From Bacteroidales bacterium (GTDB lineage: Bacteria; Bacteroidota; Bacteroidia; Bacteroidales; G3-4614), in contig JAFXDI010000051.1 in NCBI GenBank assembly GCA_017521245.1, forward strand, positions 24,162-88,161: 64,000 nucleotides of DNA. The letters run 5' to 3'. The notes under the pieces are model-generated. The model did not search any database and was not told where the DNA came from. It saw nothing but the letters and a program-made list of their open reading frames with translations. A program made the translations under genes and the position numbers. Every line of letters begins with the position of its first letter. Position 1 is the first letter of the stretch. Of this stretch, positions 58,688 to 64,000 are shown piece after piece.

Positions 58688-58762
58688 ATTAAATAAATTT
58701 TAAATTGATTCGGACTACCCGAACAATATTTAACTCACTCTTTTTTTTCTTTTTTCAAGTTT

Positions 58763-59032
58763 CTACCAACTTGCTTTTTTTACTCCGGGGATTAATCCTT
58801 GAGATGCCATTTCACGGAATTGAATACGTGAAATACCGAATTGACGCATATATCCTTTTGGACGTCCTGTCAATTTGCAACGGTTGTGTAGTCTTACACT
58901 TGAGGCATTACGAGGGATTAATTGAAGAGCCTCATAGTTGCCTTCTGCTTTAAGTTGTGCTTTTTTTGCAGCGTATTTTGCAACTAATTTTGCTCTTTTT
59001 ACCTCACGAGCTTTCATTGATTCTTTTGCCAT
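58763..59032 (-). CDS. rpsN: 30S ribosomal protein S14 (long, non-zinc type)
   Basis: The 89-aa protein ends ..[11 protein letters not shown]. Confidence 0.96.
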   Translation of the reverse strand: MAKESMKAREVKRAKLVAKYAAKKAQLKAEGNYEALQLIPRNASSVRLHNRCKLTGRPKGYMRQFGISRIQFREMASQGLIPGVKKASW

Positions 59033-59035
59033 AGT

Positions 59036-59587
59036 TTAGCTCTTTTTGATGTTTTTAAAAGGTAATCCAAACTCTTTTAATAATGCATATCCCTCTTCGT
59101 CAGTATTTGCACTTGTAACGAATGTGATATTCATTCCGTTGATTTTGTTGATAGAGTCGATGTTAATCTCGGGGAAGATGATTTGCTCTTGGATTCCGAG
59201 TGTGTAGTTTCCTCTACCATCTAATTTGCTTTCGATTCCTTTGAAGTCGCGGATACGGGGTAATGCTACGCGTACCAAACGCTCAAGGAACTCATACATT
59301 TTCTCACGACGTAAAGTTACTGAAACTCCGATAGGCATTTTTTTACGTACCTTGAAGTTTGAAATGTCTTTACGTGAGAGTGTTGCTACAGCTTGTTGTC
59401 CTGCAATTGCTGTTAGCTCTGCCAACGCTGTGTCGATGATTTTTTTGTCTTGAGTTGCATCTCCTAAACCTTGATTAAGTACAATTTTTTTCAAAACTGG
59501 TACTTGCATCACTGTTGTGTAGCCAAACTCTTTCATCAAAGCGGGGACGATTCTCTCTTGGTATTCTTTTTTGAGATTTGCTGCCAT
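59036..59587 (-). CDS. rplE: 50S ribosomal protein L5
   Basis: The protein is 183 aa and sits between rplX and rpsN. Confidence 0.97.
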   Translation of the reverse strand: MAANLKKEYQERIVPALMKEFGYTTVMQVPVLKKIVLNQGLGDATQDKKIIDTALAELTAIAGQQAVATLSRKDISNFKVRKKMPIGVSVTLRREKMYEFLERLVRVALPRIRDFKGIESKLDGRGNYTLGIQEQIIFPEINIDSINKINGMNITFVTSANTDEEGYALLKEFGLPFKNIKKS

Positions 59588-59588
59588 T

Positions 59589-59909
59589 TTATTTAATCTC
59601 CTCTCCTGATTTTTTAGAATAACGTACTAATTTGCCCTCTTCATTCATTTTACGACCGATACGTGTTGGAGTTTTAGTTTTAGGATCTAACACGTTAAGG
59701 TTTGATAAATGTATTGGAGCCTCTTTCTTCACAATGCCGCCTTGTGGTGCTTTTGCATTGGGTTTGGTGTGTTTTGACACCATATTTACACCCTCTACGA
59801 TTGCTTTGTTGTCTTTTACCAAGACTTTAAGCACACGACCGGTTTTTCCTTTGTCCTCTCCGGCGTTAACGTAAACGGTATCTCCTTTTTTAATGTGTAA
59901 CTTACTCAT
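59589..59909 (-). CDS. rplX: 50S ribosomal protein L24
   Basis: The 106-aa protein has a KOW motif ([19 protein letters not shown]). Confidence 0.96.
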   Translation of the reverse strand: MSKLHIKKGDTVYVNAGEDKGKTGRVLKVLVKDNKAIVEGVNMVSKHTKPNAKAPQGGIVKKEAPIHLSNLNVLDPKTKTPTRIGRKMNEEGKLVRYSKKSGEEIK

Positions 59910-59928
59910 TAATCTACTTTTTTATTTA

Positions 59929-60294
59929 TTAAAGTACTTCAGGTGCTAGTGAAACTATTTTCATATTAGTTGCACGCAATTCACGAGCAACAGGACCGAA
60001 TATACGGCTACCTCTAATTTCACCTGCTCCGTTTAATAATACACATGCGTTGTCGTCGAAACGTATGTAAGATCCGTCAGCACGACGTATCTCTTTTTTA
60101 GTGCGTACGACAACAGCTTTTGACACTGCACCTTTTTTCATATCACTTGAAGGAACCACGCCTTTTACAGCAACAACGATAATATCGCCTACGCTTGCAT
60201 AGCGTCTTCCGGTTCCACCAAGTACACGGATACAAAGTGCCTCTTTTGCGCCGCTATTATCAGCGACTGTTAGTCTTGACTCTTGTTGTATCAT
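59929..60294 (-). CDS. rplN: 50S ribosomal protein L14
   Basis: The 121-aa protein starts [17 protein letters not shown]. Confidence 0.98.
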   Translation of the reverse strand: MIQQESRLTVADNSGAKEALCIRVLGGTGRRYASVGDIIVVAVKGVVPSSDMKKGAVSKAVVVRTKKEIRRADGSYIRFDDNACVLLNGAGEIRGSRIFGPVARELRATNMKIVSLAPEVL

Positions 60295-60298
60295 AATA

Positions 60299-60556
60299 TT
60301 ATTTTGCTTTTTCTACGATTTCAACTACTCTCCATCTTTTCATTTTGCTCAAAGGACGAGTTTCCATCAATCTAACGGTATCACCAATACCGCACTCGTT
60401 TTTCTCATCGTGAGCATGGTATTTTTTCGTTTTGTTTACGAATTTACCATAAATGGGGTGTTTCTCTTTCCATTTTACAGCTACTGTGATGGTTTTGTCC
60501 ATCTTGTTGCTAGTAACAACCCCTACTCTCTCTTTTCTAAAGTTTCTTGTTTCCAT
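60299..60556 (-). CDS. rpsQ: 30S ribosomal protein S17
   Basis: The protein is 85 aa and sits between rpmC and rplN. Confidence 0.96.
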   Translation of the reverse strand: METRNFRKERVGVVTSNKMDKTITVAVKWKEKHPIYGKFVNKTKKYHAHDEKNECGIGDTVRLMETRPLSKMKRWRVVEIVEKAK

Positions 60557-60569
60557 TCGGCGTTATTGA

Positions 60570-60764
60570 TTAAGCGTTAAGATCTCTTTGATTTAATTCA
60601 CCCTTCATACGCGCAATCTCACGACGCAATTGTTTAATTTGCGAAGGATTGTCAAGAGGAGAGATACTGTGATTGATAACCATACGGTTAAGAGCTACTT
60701 CTTGAGCTTCAATTCTCTCAACCAACTCCTTAGTTTGAAGTTCTTTTATTTCTGCTATCTTCAT
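60570..60764 (-). CDS. rpmC: 50S ribosomal protein L29
   Basis: The protein is 64 aa and sits between rplP and rpsQ. Confidence 0.94.
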   Translation of the reverse strand: MKIAEIKELQTKELVERIEAQEVALNRMVINHSISPLDNPSQIKQLRREIARMKGELNQRDLNA

Positions 60765-60776
60765 TTTTTATCCTCC

Positions 60777-61208
60777 TTATGCGTTTTGAGTTTCGTCGTA
60801 ATCACGACGGATTATTAACTTTGTGGTAACGGGAAGTTTTTGCGCACCTAAACGCAATGCTTCTTTTGCCACCTCTAAAGATACGCCATCTATCTCTATC
60901 AAGATTCTTCCCGGTGTTACAGGTGCTACGAATCCTTCGGGTGATCCTTTTCCTTTACCCATACGTACTTCGGCAGGCTTTTTAGTAATTGGTTTGTCAG
61001 GGAAAATTCTGATCCAAACTTGTCCTTGACGTTGCATATAGCGGGTAACGGCAATACGGGCAGCCTCAATTTGGCGACCTGTAATCCACTTTGATTGCAA
61101 ACACTTAATACCAAAAGAGCCAAATGCCAACTCGTTGCCGCGTTGAGCCACACCTTTCATGCGACCCTTTTGCTGCCTTCTGAATTTTGTTTTTCTCGGT
61201 TGTAACAT
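60777..61208 (-). CDS. rplP: 50S ribosomal protein L16
   Basis: The 143-aa protein starts [16 protein letters not shown]. Confidence 0.97.
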   Translation of the reverse strand: MLQPRKTKFRRQQKGRMKGVAQRGNELAFGSFGIKCLQSKWITGRQIEAARIAVTRYMQRQGQVWIRIFPDKPITKKPAEVRMGKGKGSPEGFVAPVTPGRILIEIDGVSLEVAKEALRLGAQKLPVTTKLIIRRDYDETQNA

Positions 61209-61231
61209 TTTCTGTCAGTTCTTTGTGTTAA

Positions 61232-61966
61232 TTACTTTTTGTTTCTCTTGAAGCCTTTTTTAGCTCCTTGACCAGCGGCACCGCCACGAGTCTCTTTTTG
61301 TGCTGTAAATGAAGGAGCAAGATCTCTCTTACCATAAACTTCACCACGACAAATCCATACTTTGATTCCTAACAAACCAACTTTTGTTAGTGCCTCTGCT
61401 AAAGAGTAATCAATGTCTGCGCGTAATGTGTGTAGAGGTGTACGTCCTTCTTTGTACATTTCTGAACGTGCCATCTCTGCTCCGTTTAGACGTCCTGAAA
61501 TTTGGATTTTGATTCCCTCTGCTCCGGCACGCATAGTGTTTGATATCGCAGTTTTGATTGCACGACGGTAAGCCATCTTTCCTTCAAGCTGACGAGCAAT
61601 GCTATTAGCAACAATAACGGCGTCAAGTTCCGGTTTCTTTATCTCGTAGATATTGATTTGGATATCTTTGTCAGACTTGTCGGTGATTTTCTTTAACTCC
61701 TCTTTGAGTTTATCAACCTCTTGTCCACCTTTTCCGATAACCATACCGGGACGTGATGTGCAAATAGTTATAATTATAAGTTTTAGAGTACGCTCAATGA
61801 TGATGCGTGATACTCCACTTGCTTTTGAAAGACGGGCATTTAGATATTTACGGATATTGCTGTCTTCTAATAACTTGTCTCCGTACTTATCGCCGCCGTA
61901 CCAGTTAGAATCCCAGCCTCTGATGATTCCTAATCGGTTGCTTATCGGATTTACTTTTTGTCCCAT
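61232..61966 (-). CDS. rpsC: 30S ribosomal protein S3
   Basis: The 244-aa protein starts [13 protein letters not shown]. Confidence 0.97.
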   Translation of the reverse strand: MGQKVNPISNRLGIIRGWDSNWYGGDKYGDKLLEDSNIRKYLNARLSKASGVSRIIIERTLKLIIITICTSRPGMVIGKGGQEVDKLKEELKKITDKSDKDIQINIYEIKKPELDAVIVANSIARQLEGKMAYRRAIKTAISNTMRAGAEGIKIQISGRLNGAEMARSEMYKEGRTPLHTLRADIDYSLAEALTKVGLLGIKVWICRGEVYGKRDLAPSFTAQKETRGGAAGQGAKKGFKRNKK

Positions 61967-61972
61967 CTCTTA

Positions 61973-62383
61973 TTAATCTTGATTTTCGTTTTTAGTTATT
62001 GTATCAACAAACAAGGTTACGTGGTTTGAACGTTTACGGATTCTGTATCCGCGACCTTGTGGTGCCGGACGTAGGCGTTTCAACATAGCAGCTCCATCAA
62101 CAAAGATCTCTGATATGTATAGTTCGCCGCTCTCGGCTTTGCGTTCGTTTTTCTGTTCCCAGTTGGCAATTGCTGAACGCAACAATTTTTCTAATCTTGC
62201 CGATGCCTCTTTTGTAGAGAATTTAAGTACGCCAAGTGCTCTGAACACTTCCATTCCTCTTACCATATCAGCAACTAAACGCATTTTACGGGGTGAGGTT
62301 GGTACATTGTTCAGCTTAGCGAAGCTCTTCTCTTTCAAGGCCTCTTTTCTTTTTTCGGCTGATTCTCTTTTTCTTGCACCCAT
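61973..62383 (-). CDS. rplV: 50S ribosomal protein L22
   Basis: The track ORF starts at 62425. An internal ATG at 62383 ([14 protein letters not shown]..) gives the usual ~136-aa L22, so the start is uncertain by 14 codons. Confidence 0.93.
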   Translation of the reverse strand: MGARKRESAEKRKEALKEKSFAKLNNVPTSPRKMRLVADMVRGMEVFRALGVLKFSTKEASARLEKLLRSAIANWEQKNERKAESGELYISEIFVDGAAMLKRLRPAPQGRGYRIRKRSNHVTLFVDTITKNENQD

Positions 62384-62435
62384 GTTATTTTTCTTTTTTA
62401 CTTTATTAGTTTTTAAAATTCCCAAGGAGGTTTAA

Positions 62436-62702
62436 TTATTTTTTGTTACCTCCGTGTCCACGGAAGATACGAGTTGGAGCAAATTCTCCAAGTTTGTGTC
62501 CTACCATGTTCTCTGTTACATATACGGGAATAAACTTATTACCATTGTGAACGGCGAAAGTGTGTCCTACGAAATCGGGAGAAATCATAGATGCACGTGA
62601 CCAAGTTTTGATTACCGATTTTTTTCCGGTAGCCTCCATTGCGTCAACTTTCTTTTGAAGTTTCACACTGATAAATGGTCCTTTTTTTAATGAACGACTC
62701 AT
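62436..62702 (-). CDS. rpsS: 30S ribosomal protein S19
   Basis: The 88-aa protein starts [10 protein letters not shown]. Confidence 0.97.
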   Translation of the reverse strand: MSRSLKKGPFISVKLQKKVDAMEATGKKSVIKTWSRASMISPDFVGHTFAVHNGNKFIPVYVTENMVGHKLGEFAPTRIFRGHGGNKK

Positions 62703-62725
62703 AGTTATTAATTATTCAAATCAAA

Positions 62726-63550
62726 TTATTTCTTTCTTCTTTCTATAATATATTGTGAAGAAGCCTTTTTAGGAGCTCTTGTTTTAAGACCTTTTGCGTA
62801 AAGACCTTTACGTGAACGAGGATGTCCTCCTGATGCACGTCCTTCACCTCCACCCATGGGGTGATCAACGGGGTTCATAACAACACCACGGTTGCGTGGA
62901 CGACGTCCTAACCAGCGTGAACGACCTGCTTTTCCTGATTGCTCAAGTGCGTGGTCTGAGTTTCCTACTGTACCGATAGTTGCTTTACATGCTGAAAGTA
63001 TCTTACGTGTCTCTCCTGAAGGCAATTTGATAATTGCATATTTTCCTTCTCTCGAAGTTAATTGTGCAAATACTCCTGCCGAACGTACCAACGCTGCTCC
63101 TTGTCCAGGACGCAACTCAATGTTGTGAATTACTGTTCCGACTGGTATATCAGAAAGGAATAGTGCATTTCCTACTTCAGGTGCTGCTTTCTCTCCTGAC
63201 ATTACTGTCATTCCTACTTCAAGACCATTGGGCGCAATTATGTAGCGCTTCTCTCCATCAACATAATAAAGAAGTGCAATGCGAGATGAACGGTTTGGGT
63301 CATACTCGATTGTCTTTACTGTTGCGGGTACACCGTCTTTATTTCTCTTGAAATCGATAAGTCTGTACTTACGTTTGTGTCCGCCTCCGATGTAACGCAT
63401 CGTTAGATGTCCTTCGTTGTTGCGTCCACCAGTACTTTTTTTACCGACTACAAGTGATTTTTCTGGTGCGGTAGCAGTGATTTTATCAAACGCACCAATA
63501 ATCTTGTGTCTTTGCCCCGGTGTTGTGGGCTTCAATTTACGTACTGCCAT
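62726..63550 (-). CDS. rplB: 50S ribosomal protein L2
   Basis: The 274-aa protein contains ..[14 protein letters not shown]... Confidence 0.98.
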   Translation of the reverse strand: MAVRKLKPTTPGQRHKIIGAFDKITATAPEKSLVVGKKSTGGRNNEGHLTMRYIGGGHKRKYRLIDFKRNKDGVPATVKTIEYDPNRSSRIALLYYVDGEKRYIIAPNGLEVGMTVMSGEKAAPEVGNALFLSDIPVGTVIHNIELRPGQGAALVRSAGVFAQLTSREGKYAIIKLPSGETRKILSACKATIGTVGNSDHALEQSGKAGRSRWLGRRPRNRGVVMNPVDHPMGGGEGRASGGHPRSRKGLYAKGLKTRAPKKASSQYIIERRKK

Positions 63551-63558
63551 TTGTTTAA

Positions 63559-63849
63559 TTAAATATTGCTAAAAAAATCTATTGTATCTCCTTCTTTCAA
63601 TGTAACTAATGCTTTTTTGTATGAAGCAGTTTTACCTTCGATAAGACCTGATTTTGTATAACGGCTTTTGTTTTTACCTTTATAGTTCATTGTGTTTACC
63701 GAAACTACTGTTACATTGTACATCTCTTCCACAGCTTTTTTAATCTGTGATTTGTTAGCATCGGGACTTACACGAAATCCAAAACGGTTGTATTTCTCCG
63801 AAATGCTGGTCATTTTTTCCGTTACTATCGGTTTAATTATTATTGCCAT
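63559..63849 (-). CDS. rplW: 50S ribosomal protein L23
   Basis: The protein is 96 aa and sits between rplD and rplB. Confidence 0.95.
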   Translation of the reverse strand: MAIIIKPIVTEKMTSISEKYNRFGFRVSPDANKSQIKKAVEEMYNVTVVSVNTMNYKGKNKSRYTKSGLIEGKTASYKKALVTLKEGDTIDFFSNI

Positions 63850-63866
63850 TTTCGTGCCTCCTTCTA

Positions 63867-64000
63867 TTAAAATTCATTAATTAATGCCACTGAACTCTCA
63901 AACATTACTAAAGTCTCGCAATCGAGAATTTTGTAAGTGTTTAATTCAGAAACAGTTATAACTTTCGCTTTTGGAAGATTTCTAGCTGACAAATATACGT
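63867..64000 (-). CDS. rplD: 50S ribosomal protein L4, C-terminal 44 codons (5' part outside the window)
   Basis: My own translation of the open frame to the window edge ends ..LPKAKVITVSELNTYKILDCETLVMFESSVALINEF. The stop is at 63867-63869. The position upstream of rplW supports the call. Confidence 0.8.
   Translation of the reverse strand, partial: VYLSARNLPKAKVITVSELNTYKILDCETLVMFESSVALINEF

Overview
The window reads as a chromosomal segment of a Bacteroidota (Bacteroidales-type) genome. This is inferred from TAnnTTTG promoter boxes, a FeoA-FeoB fusion, parA-parB-DUF5683-LysM transglycosylase synteny and weak or absent Shine-Dalgarno sequences. Most of it is housekeeping. There is a partial LptD-like gene, rpsA, an rnhB-feoAB-lrgAB cluster, a TolC/HlyD/MFS efflux operon with a divergent AraC regulator, malQ, purB, tRNA-Val, fumB, parAB, purT, rpoN, purE and ispG. 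From about 50.6 kb to the window end the minus strand carries the alpha, spc and part of the S10 ribosomal-protein operons (rplQ through a partial rplD). The clear outlier is a low-GC, single-gene island at about 8.6-16.9 kb. It encodes one uninterrupted 2,571-aa cytoplasmic protein. That protein has a TIR/DUF4062-like N-terminal module, a P-loop NTPase with STAND-type motif order, and about 1,950 residues of helical (PPR/TPR-like) repeats. I match this gene to no named family and rate it the best candidate for an undescribed single-gene conflict or defence system. Its right border is a chimeric scar. Two roughly 300-bp 3' gene fragments, copies of the spmAB-like and lrgB genes found elsewhere in the window, are fused head-to-head at a 4-bp microhomology. 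They differ from the full genes almost only at synonymous sites, which suggests imported foreign DNA. The window also holds two families of structured intergenic repeats placed directly behind stop codons, degenerate CTAATTAG 9-mer arrays, and a triple 12-bp ATG-TCG-GAA-TAA repeat in a 5' leader. All family assignments come from reading motifs by eye, and no database search was run.
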